Shown here: piece by piece, positions 18,746 through 26,296 of the stretch
Layout of the letters: each line of letters starts with the position of its first letter
How positions within the stretch are numbered: position 1 is the stretch's first letter
Assembly: GCA_902766745.1 (NCBI GenBank)
Contig: CACXES010000008.1
Span: 400 to 64,399, forward strand
Reading direction: 5' to 3'
Length of the DNA: 64,000 nt
From: an uncultured Ruminococcus sp.
GTDB taxonomy: Bacteria; Bacillota; Clostridia; Monoglobales; Monoglobaceae
Made by a program: the position numbers and the translations under genes
The notes under the pieces: generated by a model
The model's database searches: none
Told to the model about the DNA's origin: nothing
Seen by the model: only the letters and a program-made list of their open reading frames with translations

Positions 18746-20386
18746 ATGAAAATAAAAGTACTGCTTATCACTGTCCTGCTATTGGCCGTTGCGCCATGTG
18801 TTTCGGCAGAAGTGAATATTGATGTTTTTGACAGCAGCGGACGCGCAAACGTTACGGGAGTTACGGCGGACACGAAAAACAGTATTTCCGCGGCGGTTCT
18901 CGGAGCCGGATTCAGCGGTGCGGACGCAGAAAATATGGTTTCCGGCTCTGTTGTCTATGCAAATCAGATAAAGCCCGCGGCAGACGGAAGCTTTACGCTT
19001 CCGCTTGTTTTAAACGGAAAACCTACGGGGATGTACACCATTTTGCTTTATCAAAACGGAAGCTGTATCGAGGACAGAAAATTTCCGTATGCCGATGCCG
19101 CTGAAAGCGTTTCGGCGATTGAAGGCTTTAATGCCGCGGCGGTGAACGGTGCGGCTTCTGCATTAAAATATGCAGAGGATAACACGGCGGCCCTTGAGTT
19201 TTGGAGCAGATATGACGGCGAGGTGTCGCGAAGAACGGCTGTTGATCTTATGCTGTCCGCCGCGCCGTATGATACGGCAGATAAGCGCGCTTTCGGGAAC
19301 GCGTATCGTAAGGCAATGGCAGCGGCGGCGTTTGCAGAGGGCAAGGTTACCAATATTGATGAGGTGCGCGGACAGCTTGATGTATTGGACAGCGAGCCTG
19401 TCGCAGGCGTTTTAGACGCAAAATACATGACGGATAAGGCGTATGCGGCAATTGCCGGGAAGCTAACCTCGCTTGCGCCATATGACGGCTTGGACTGCTT
19501 TGACAAGTCTGCGATTGAGGCGGTTGCACTGTCCGTTATCAGATACCCGAGCGGCTCGGGAGATGTTGCCTCGGTGATTTCTAAGCTGTATCCTGATTTT
19601 CCGTTATCTAAGCTGACGGACTCTGTATGCAGAAATACGGCGTACAAGGACTATGATTCTATTGAGAAATTCCAAAAGGCAGTTGAGGATGCAGCGGGCA
19701 GCGGCGGCTCAGGCGGCTCAGGCGCCGGCAGCGGCTCAGGTGGTTCCGGCGGCTCGAGCAGCGGCGGAAGCGGAACACCGTTTACTGCGGTTTCCGATCC
19801 TTCGCATATGGTTCAGCCGCCTAAAGAAGCGGAGGAGAAGCTGTTTGAGGACATTGACGGCTTTGAGTGGGCAGAGACGGCTATTACCGCTCTTTACGAA
19901 AAGGGGATCATATCCGGCAGAGAACCGAAACGCTTCTGTCCCGAAAGCGAGATTACCAGAGAGGAATTTGTAAAGCTGCTTGTGCTTCTGTTTAAGGTCA
20001 AGGAAACAGATGAAAGGGATAACACCTTTTCCGATTGTGTTGAGGGAGAGTGGTATTATCCATATATCAGAACTGCCTACACTGTGGGTATTGTAAACGG
20101 TATATCCGATACGGAGTTTGGTGTAGGGCAGAATATTACCCGTCAGGATGCGGCGGTGATGATCAAAAACTGTATGGAAAAGTATGATGTACAGAGAAAT
20201 GATGCGGCTGAATTTTCTGATATGAGCGAGGTGAGTGATTACGCAAAGGACGCAGTGAGAAGCATGAGGGAATACGGCATAATTACGGGATATGAGGATA
20301 ACAGCTTCAGACCTGAAAATTATATAACACGGGCGGAGGCTGCAAAGCTGATTTTTGAGACGGACGAAAGGATAGATGAGATATGA
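18746..20386 (+). CDS. Cell-wall-anchored protein with C-terminal SLH repeats
   Basis: Signal peptide; Gly/Ser linker (GSGGSGGSGAGSGSGGSGGSSSGGSG). SLH-type repeats follow: FEDIDGFEWAETAITALYEKGIISG...ITREEFVKLL, FSDCVEGEWYYPYIRTAYTVGIVNG, and FSDMSEVSDYAKDAVRSMREYGIITG...ITRAEAAKLI. Confidence 0.8.
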   Translation: MKIKVLLITVLLLAVAPCVSAEVNIDVFDSSGRANVTGVTADTKNSISAAVLGAGFSGADAENMVSGSVVYANQIKPAADGSFTLPLVLNGKPTGMYTILLYQNGSCIEDRKFPYADAAESVSAIEGFNAAAVNGAASALKYAEDNTAALEFWSRYDGEVSRRTAVDLMLSAAPYDTADKRAFGNAYRKAMAAAAFAEGKVTNIDEVRGQLDVLDSEPVAGVLDAKYMTDKAYAAIAGKLTSLAPYDGLDCFDKSAIEAVALSVIRYPSGSGDVASVISKLYPDFPLSKLTDSVCRNTAYKDYDSIEKFQKAVEDAAGSGGSGGSGAGSGSGGSGGSSSGGSGTPFTAVSDPSHMVQPPKEAEEKLFEDIDGFEWAETAITALYEKGIISGREPKRFCPESEITREEFVKLLVLLFKVKETDERDNTFSDCVEGEWYYPYIRTAYTVGIVNGISDTEFGVGQNITRQDAAVMIKNCMEKYDVQRNDAAEFSDMSEVSDYAKDAVRSMREYGIITGYEDNSFRPENYITRAEAAKLIFETDERIDEI

Positions 20387-22989
20387 GACTTATGAAAAAC
20401 TTTGTTTCGATGCTTACCGCCTTAACCGTTTTACTTTGCTGCTGCCCGCTGTACACGGTGAACGCCGCGGAGACTAATGATGATACGGATAATACGGCGG
20501 CGCTGGCATATGGGCTTTTACAGTATCTCGGCGTGTTCCCGAGCGACGGCGTATATGAAACATTTCGCGATACTGCGGTTTCGAGAGCGGACTTTGCACT
20601 GTATCTTTCGCGTATTCTGAAAACAGGGGATAAAAGTGGGGAGTCTGCCGCAGACTCTCTGACGCGGATGGGAGTGTTTGATTTCGATTACGCCGACGGT
20701 GCAGCGAGGACAGTAACCGTTGATGAGATGCTCATTGCGGCGGTAAAGGCACTTGGGTATAAAACCGATAGCTGGAGTCGTGCCGATTATCTGAAAAAGG
20801 CGAGACAGCTTGATCTTGCGGACGGGATAGTCAACTCCTCCGCAGCAACGGCGGTGGACTGTGTGATTCTGCTTTATAATACCCTGCACGCCGATACGGT
20901 GTATATGGGTAATAATAAAATCGAGAAGCAGCAGCAACTGCTTTATGCCTCGTTCGGACTAAGATATATGAAGGGGCAGATCACTGCAAATTCATACACT
21001 GCCATTGACGGCGAGGCAACGAACGATTCAAAACGCGTAGGAGTGGATGGTGCGCTATGCAGCACCGATATTGAGGAGATAGGCGAAATGCTTGCCTATC
21101 ACGCCGTTATGTATTACACAGAAGCGGACGGCATTAAGAAAATTATATATTTTATGCCGGAGAAGAACGAGAAGGACATTATCCTTGACGGTGATGACAT
21201 AATCGGCTATGATTCGCACACGATAAAATATACCGATTCGGTAACAGGGAAGACCAAAGCGTTAAGGCTTTCGGACAATGCGGCGATAATTAAAAATTCG
21301 CGCCTTGTCACTACGGATTACAAGAGTGCGTTTGAAATTGACGGCGGCAGGGTGACCTGCATATCGAGCGACGGAATATATAGGTCGGTTATTATAGAAG
21401 AATTTAAAAATTATACGGTAAAGGGTATTGATATAAGCAAAAAAATATTGTATACTGATAAAAGGGACGCGGACGGAAATGTCATATCGATAAATATCGG
21501 CGATTCCTGCGATTATGTGAAAATCAAGACGCTTCCGTATATGAAGGAAGTCAACGAAAATACGATTCAGCCGGAGGACGTGCTGAGCCTTGCTGTTTCC
21601 GATGACGGGAAAATCGTGCGCGGATACCTGTGCGGAGAAAAGGTCTCGGGGGCGATTGAGAGAATCAGCGGCAGCGGACGGGATATGAAAATAACCGTAA
21701 ATTCCGAGGAATACAGGGTTGATTCGCACTTTGCAGAGAGCTTTAATCTGTATCCCGGGCTTGACGGAAGCTTTGTCATAGACTGTCTCGACAGAATTGC
21801 GGGTTATTCCGATAAAGGAGCTGAACTGAATTTTACGATAGGCTATTTATATATGATGAACTTTGACGACTTCAGCCAAACGGCAAAGGTTAAGATATAC
21901 AATGTTAAGCGACAGCATGTTACGGCGGAGCTTGAAGAAAGTGTGAGACTCAACGGAGTTAAAAAATCCGCCTCGGCCGTGCGGGATATACTTTGCTCGG
22001 ACAGCGGCGGAAAGCTAATGAGGCAGCTTATCGGCTACAAGCTGAACGCCGACGGGAAAATAACGGACATTGATTCGGCGGCGGAGAGTAAGGAGGCGCG
22101 TTATCGCGAAAATATGCTGTATACACTGCTCCCGAAGGGTTCATATCAATGGTATTATCAGATGAAGTCCTTTGACAGGCGGTATGTTCTGTCGGGAAAC
22201 ACATACTATATGCGTGTTCCGGATAAGGAAGAGGATTTGAGTGATACGACCATGTTCGGCTGTCAGACATTCAGCAATGTCACATGGTATAACTCCAATA
22301 CCTCTAGGTCGCTTCTCGGACTGTATAAGTTTGACGACAGCACGCCGTTTGCGGATTTGCTGCTTGTGAAAAGCTCCGACAGTGCGGCTTTGACTAACCA
22401 GACGGAGGTCACCATGGTTTCCTCCGTTGCGGACGAGATAGGCCCGGGCGGCTCGGTGGTGACGGGGATACGAGGCTTTCGCCGCGGAGTTGAGGTTACG
22501 GCATATATCGAAAAGGATAAGTACAGAAACGATGTGGAGACGGGAGACCTGATACGGTTTGCGACCGATGTTCGCGGCTATGTGGCGGATTATGAAATTG
22601 TGTATGACCTGAGCGAGGACAAGGTTTTATGGGCGGCGGACGGCTCGGGAAATCCGTATACCTCGAATATATCGGTCAGCGGCGGCCTCAGATATACCTT
22701 CGGCTATGTCAACAGGCTGTACATTGCTCCGTATACAACAGGATTGAACAGCGTTATCGAGATAGGAAGCACGCCCGGCGTGACCGAGGATATATGGCAG
22801 GTCAACGGAAGCACAACGGCGACCACAAGGTTTATTGTATATGACAGCTCACGCAGAGAGGATAAAGTGTACATGGCGCATCTCGACGAAATTGTATCCT
22901 GGGAGGACTGCCAAAATCCCGAGGCGGTTTCAAGGGCGTTTGTACACACGCGCTCGGGCTGGCTTATTGCGATAATGATTTATAAGTAA
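20383..22989 (+). CDS. Secreted 868-aa protein with degenerate SLH-like repeats at the N-terminus; function unknown
   Basis: Signal peptide (LYTVNAAE). The start overlaps the upstream stop (ATGA), suggesting translational coupling. N-terminal repeats read LQYLGVFPSDG...VSRADFALYLSRIL and LTRMGVFDFDY...VTVDEMLIAAVKALG. Confidence 0.7.
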   Translation: MRLMKNFVSMLTALTVLLCCCPLYTVNAAETNDDTDNTAALAYGLLQYLGVFPSDGVYETFRDTAVSRADFALYLSRILKTGDKSGESAADSLTRMGVFDFDYADGAARTVTVDEMLIAAVKALGYKTDSWSRADYLKKARQLDLADGIVNSSAATAVDCVILLYNTLHADTVYMGNNKIEKQQQLLYASFGLRYMKGQITANSYTAIDGEATNDSKRVGVDGALCSTDIEEIGEMLAYHAVMYYTEADGIKKIIYFMPEKNEKDIILDGDDIIGYDSHTIKYTDSVTGKTKALRLSDNAAIIKNSRLVTTDYKSAFEIDGGRVTCISSDGIYRSVIIEEFKNYTVKGIDISKKILYTDKRDADGNVISINIGDSCDYVKIKTLPYMKEVNENTIQPEDVLSLAVSDDGKIVRGYLCGEKVSGAIERISGSGRDMKITVNSEEYRVDSHFAESFNLYPGLDGSFVIDCLDRIAGYSDKGAELNFTIGYLYMMNFDDFSQTAKVKIYNVKRQHVTAELEESVRLNGVKKSASAVRDILCSDSGGKLMRQLIGYKLNADGKITDIDSAAESKEARYRENMLYTLLPKGSYQWYYQMKSFDRRYVLSGNTYYMRVPDKEEDLSDTTMFGCQTFSNVTWYNSNTSRSLLGLYKFDDSTPFADLLLVKSSDSAALTNQTEVTMVSSVADEIGPGGSVVTGIRGFRRGVEVTAYIEKDKYRNDVETGDLIRFATDVRGYVADYEIVYDLSEDKVLWAADGSGNPYTSNISVSGGLRYTFGYVNRLYIAPYTTGLNSVIEIGSTPGVTEDIWQVNGSTTATTRFIVYDSSRREDKVYMAHLDEIVSWEDCQNPEAVSRAFVHTRSGWLIAIMIYK

Positions 22990-23088
22990 AATACGGTGCT
23001 CCCCGCCTGTCCTGCGGTGCGGCAATTGCCGCCGAGCATGGGACGACGGGGTTTGCACGTTTTTGAAAGCAGAGAGGGAGGCGAGGTA

Positions 23089-25212
23089 TTGCAGCTTTTA
23101 AAACGACGGAAGCGGACAGAGGATTCAAGAGAATCAAAGCACAGGATAAACCTGAGATTGTTTCTGATATTGTTCGGGGTTTCGATGCTTCTGGTTATTC
23201 CGCTATACAAGATTTCCTATGAATCCATAAGAAGCAGGATTCGAAACGAGGCGCAGTACGGAGCGGAGCGCGTATGCACTGCCCTCGACAATGAGGCATT
23301 TATGCTTCATACGATAAAGGAGAAGTTTTCCTCGGATTCGAGATATACCATGCTGAAGACCATGACGGAATTTGACACTGCGGCGCAGCACATAATACTT
23401 AAAAGATTCTCGGATTTCTACAGTGATATTGTCAATATGATGCAGTATAACAGCGAGGTGTTTATATTCTTTAAGGATAACGACGCTGTCTGCGGAAAAA
23501 GTAAGGTGTTTGCAGATATAAAGCCTCTTTTTTCTCAGAATATTTCGATAAACGGCATGGATTACGGCAGTTTCAGAAATTATATATTCAACAGTAACCG
23601 CGATATGACGGTCAAATATGTGGAAGATATGGTGTTGTACGGCGAGAGACAGCCGTCGATAATTATTATTCAGCCGATAAATATGCATATCGCTGTCGGC
23701 CCCGAGGCGGTGGTTGTCGGAATATACAATGTAGACAGTCTTTTTACGCGCACTGTAAGCGCGGATTACCGTAACATATACGATACAATCACGATAAACG
23801 ACAACACGGTGTACAGCAGCGGAAACGAAAATATGGATGACTTTGAGATTGTTACGGTGGGACACAATGTGGATTTAAGACTTTCCATGATGGCGTCCGA
23901 AAAATATTGCCGTGAGTATATGTCGGGCTTTACGAGGTTTTTGTTCCTGTACGTTATTTTAATACTGCTTATAACCGTTTTGATGGAGCTTTTCCTCAGA
24001 TGGTACATGAACAGACCGATGCAGAATATGCTTCGTCTGGTGGAGAGTATTATCGACGATGCTGAGGTAAAGACGGAGAAGGATATGCTGAGTGCGATCG
24101 GCGGCCTTATGGAAAACAAGCGCGATAATGATAAGGCGCTCTTGCTTATGCTCTTTCTGAAGCCTCTCGACAGTAGCGAGTGCGACTTTATACTTAAAAA
24201 GCATCCAGACTTTCCGCAGCCGTTTCTGTTTGTTATATTTTATGATGAAAACCTGACGGAAAATATTATAGAGCTGTTTTTGGATAAGTATAATATCGAA
24301 CACAATATTATTCTGTCACCGCAGAAGGGCGAGGTGGTCGTGTTCTTTGATTATTCCAGCGAGCTTAGCATAGGCGAGCTTCGCACCGCTCTGTCGGAGA
24401 TGAGGTTTGATATCAGCCGTAAGGGTGTTGACCTGACCGCGATAATCAGTATTCCCTGCGACAGCATTTCGGATTTTTATTATACATACGGCTATGTGAG
24501 AAGCTACTATCGGTTTGTGGATTATATGGGTGTGTTTGACGTCTCCGAAAATGCGGCCTCGGGGAGTTTTAAGCCGGAAACGCTTGCAGTTGAAAAGCTT
24601 AAGGAAGCGATTCTTCTCGGTGAGGCGTTTGAGGCAAAGCAGATAGTGTATAAGCAGTGGTATGAGCTTATGACCTGTGCGGAAATCAGCGATTCGAATA
24701 TAGAAAAGCTGTTTTACAGTCAGATGGGCGCGCTGGCGGAGACTGCGCTTAAAATGCACTATACCGGCGAGCTTATCAAATACGATGGAAAAATGCGTAT
24801 CAATGAGATTGCGTTTAACATTGCGGATAACATAGATTCTCTGTGCGAGCTGGCGCAGGCGCGGAAGCAGAAAAACGAGGACTATGATGAGGTTATGAGC
24901 TTTATTGACAACAACTTTACAAGGCTCAATTTCGGAATCCCGGATGTCGAAAATGAGTTCGGCATAACGGGAAAGACGATAAACAAAATCGTGAAGGTGT
25001 GTACGGGAAAAACCTTTACGGAGTATGTAGAACAGCACCGCCTGCATATGGTTCAGAATCTGCTTGAGCAGACGAATGAGGAGATAAAGAATATTTCGCT
25101 GAAATGCGGATTTCAGAATTACGATACGTTTTATAAATTCTTCAAGAAGCACACGGGCACATCGCCGCTTAAGTGGAGGAGGACAAAAAGTGTCGAGAGA
25201 AGCTATGAATGA
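23089..25212 (+). CDS. Transmembrane AraC-family regulator (two TM helices flanking a ~240-aa extracytoplasmic domain, C-terminal AraC HTH)
   Basis: The track ORF starts at GTG 22996. The in-frame TTG at 23089 lies 8 nt after GGGAGG and is preferred. TM1 is LRLFLILFGVSMLLVIPLY and TM2 is FTRFLFLYVILILLITVLMELFL. C-terminal motif: ...HRLHMVQNLLEQTNEEIKNISLKCGFQNYDTFYKFFKKHTGTSPLKWRR. Confidence 0.8.
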   Translation: MQLLKRRKRTEDSRESKHRINLRLFLILFGVSMLLVIPLYKISYESIRSRIRNEAQYGAERVCTALDNEAFMLHTIKEKFSSDSRYTMLKTMTEFDTAAQHIILKRFSDFYSDIVNMMQYNSEVFIFFKDNDAVCGKSKVFADIKPLFSQNISINGMDYGSFRNYIFNSNRDMTVKYVEDMVLYGERQPSIIIIQPINMHIAVGPEAVVVGIYNVDSLFTRTVSADYRNIYDTITINDNTVYSSGNENMDDFEIVTVGHNVDLRLSMMASEKYCREYMSGFTRFLFLYVILILLITVLMELFLRWYMNRPMQNMLRLVESIIDDAEVKTEKDMLSAIGGLMENKRDNDKALLLMLFLKPLDSSECDFILKKHPDFPQPFLFVIFYDENLTENIIELFLDKYNIEHNIILSPQKGEVVVFFDYSSELSIGELRTALSEMRFDISRKGVDLTAIISIPCDSISDFYYTYGYVRSYYRFVDYMGVFDVSENAASGSFKPETLAVEKLKEAILLGEAFEAKQIVYKQWYELMTCAEISDSNIEKLFYSQMGALAETALKMHYTGELIKYDGKMRINEIAFNIADNIDSLCELAQARKQKNEDYDEVMSFIDNNFTRLNFGIPDVENEFGITGKTINKIVKVCTGKTFTEYVEQHRLHMVQNLLEQTNEEIKNISLKCGFQNYDTFYKFFKKHTGTSPLKWRRTKSVERSYE

Positions 25213-25232
25213 TTATATTTTGCGGCATGCTG

Positions 25233-25264
25233 AAACCGCGGCTCTGATACCGAGCCGCGGTTTT
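25233..25264. terminator. Bidirectional intrinsic terminator between the convergent AraC and HTH-Dfx genes
   Basis: AAACCGCGGCTC-tgatacc-GAGCCGCGGTTTT forms a 12-bp stem with an A-run and T-run on either side. Confidence 0.65.
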
Positions 25265-25307
25265 GAAATTATATAGGGAGTGTATGCCCGTATATGCTGC
25301 GGAACAT

Positions 25308-25892
25308 TTATATATCCTGATAAAACAGACCGTGGTTCGTACAATACCAAAAAAGTCTGCCGTGAGCGATAAAGGGAAGGCGCATCTGCATATCCCATTC
25401 GGGGTATTGTCTGCGTAGGATAATCGTGTCGGCGGTCAAAAGAGCCGTAAACGATATATAATGCTCCCGAAGCATGGGGTGCTTGCTTGTGATAAAATAG
25501 TCGTTTTCGATTACCTCCGCTGACAGCCGTTCGCTATCCGATGCCTTTTGCGAAGAAAGCGCCTTAAGCTTCTTTCCGCAGCACGAAATACCTGCCTCTG
25601 CCGCCGAGGTAATTATATTGCCGCATGACGGACAGACGTAAAAATTTAATTTTTTCATATTTCCTCCGTTTATATCATTTTCGTTCAGCTCGCCGTTGAG
25701 AAGTCTTTCCAAATCAATATCAAAGATATCCGATAGATCCGAAATCAGAGAGATGTCGGGGCAGCCGAGGCCGCGTTCCCATTTTGACACCGTCTTGTCG
25801 CTGATGTTCATTCTGCTTGCCAGCTGAAGCTGCGTTAGGTTGTTTTCTTTTCTAAGTCTGCAAATCAACTGCCCAATTTTAACATTGTCCAT
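25308..25892 (-). CDS. XRE-family HTH fused to a desulfoferrodoxin-like (desulforedoxin + SOR-type) module
   Basis: The preferred start is MDNVKIGQL (25892), 8 nt after AAAGGAG. HTH: LRKENNLTQLQLASRMNISDKTVSKWERG. Desulforedoxin-type Cys set: YVCPSCGNI...ISCCGKKL. SOR-type motifs: KHPMLREHYI and WYCTNHGLF. Confidence 0.8.
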   Translation of the reverse strand: MDNVKIGQLICRLRKENNLTQLQLASRMNISDKTVSKWERGLGCPDISLISDLSDIFDIDLERLLNGELNENDINGGNMKKLNFYVCPSCGNIITSAAEAGISCCGKKLKALSSQKASDSERLSAEVIENDYFITSKHPMLREHYISFTALLTADTIILRRQYPEWDMQMRLPFIAHGRLFWYCTNHGLFYQDI

Positions 25893-25908
25893 TGTGAGTT
25901 CTCCTTTC

Positions 25909-25930
25909 ATACAGCAGTGCTGTTTTGTAC
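25909..25930. promoter_or_regulatory. Palindrome-containing 22-mer ATACAGCAGTGCTGTTTTGTAC (copy 1), candidate operator
   Basis: It abuts the RBS of the HTH-Dfx gene. A second copy, 19/22 identical, lies at 26109-26130. Confidence 0.3.
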
Positions 25931-26012
25931 AGCCGTTTGTAAAAGTCTGAAAAGCCGGATTTTAAGCGTTTTTTTAATAAATATATGATGATTTTTCTCC
26001 GAATAAAATCTG

Positions 26013-26069
26013 AAATAATTTTTTCATTGCAGTTGGGCTTGGCAACTGTATGGGCGCAGGGCAATTATT
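26013..26069 (+). repeat. 57-nt intergenic repeat R2, copy a
   Basis: AAATAATTTTTTCATTGCAGTTGGGCTTGGCAACTGTATGGGCGCAGGGCAATTATT is 56/57 identical to 44510-44566. Looser similarity continues ~15 nt further. Confidence 0.9.
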
Positions 26070-26108
26070 TATTAAAATTATTTCGGATTTTTAATTTTAC
26101 AATCGCCT

Positions 26109-26130
26109 ATAAAGCAGTGCTGCTTTGTAT
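26109..26130. promoter_or_regulatory. Palindrome-containing 22-mer ATAAAGCAGTGCTGCTTTGTAT (copy 2)
   Basis: It contains the perfect inverted repeat AAAGCAG-TG-CTGCTTT and has the same orientation as copy 1. Confidence 0.3.
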
Positions 26131-26225
26131 TATCATTCTTTTCTGAAAACCATAAGTCAATTATACTGCATACGGCGCAGAATTTCAATAAACGTATCGT
26201 AGAGCCGAAATATATTTGTGAAAGG

Positions 26226-26262
26226 CGGATAAAAAGATGCCCGTGCAGCGGCACAGGCATCC
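26226..26262 (-). terminator. Intrinsic terminator of the bio operon
   Basis: The minus strand reads GGATGCCTGTGC-cgct-GCACGGGCATC followed by TTTTTAT, 35 nt after the bioA stop. Confidence 0.65.
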
Positions 26263-26296
26263 ACAAAAGCAATTATCTAAACCATTTCTTTAGTTT

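Noticed and set aside
19690-19780. Short tandem GGC/AGC repeats that might look like a repeat array
   Set aside because: They encode the Gly/Ser linker of the SLH protein. Together with the DivIVA 18-nt units and the acidic linker at 47380-47650, they are in-frame coding repeats, not a CRISPR or satellite array. No repeat-spacer structure exists anywhere in the window.
23203-25152. Two long minus-strand ORFs (220 and 278 aa) inside the transmembrane AraC gene
   Set aside because: These are antisense frames left open by the codon usage of the plus-strand gene. There is no start context, and the plus-strand product has TM helices and an AraC HTH.
26031-26060. Sigma-54 promoter inside R2 (TGGCAA-N5-TGGGC)
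   Set aside because: The GG-to-GC spacing is 11 rather than 10 nt, the -12 element is poor, and no enhancer-binding protein gene is nearby.
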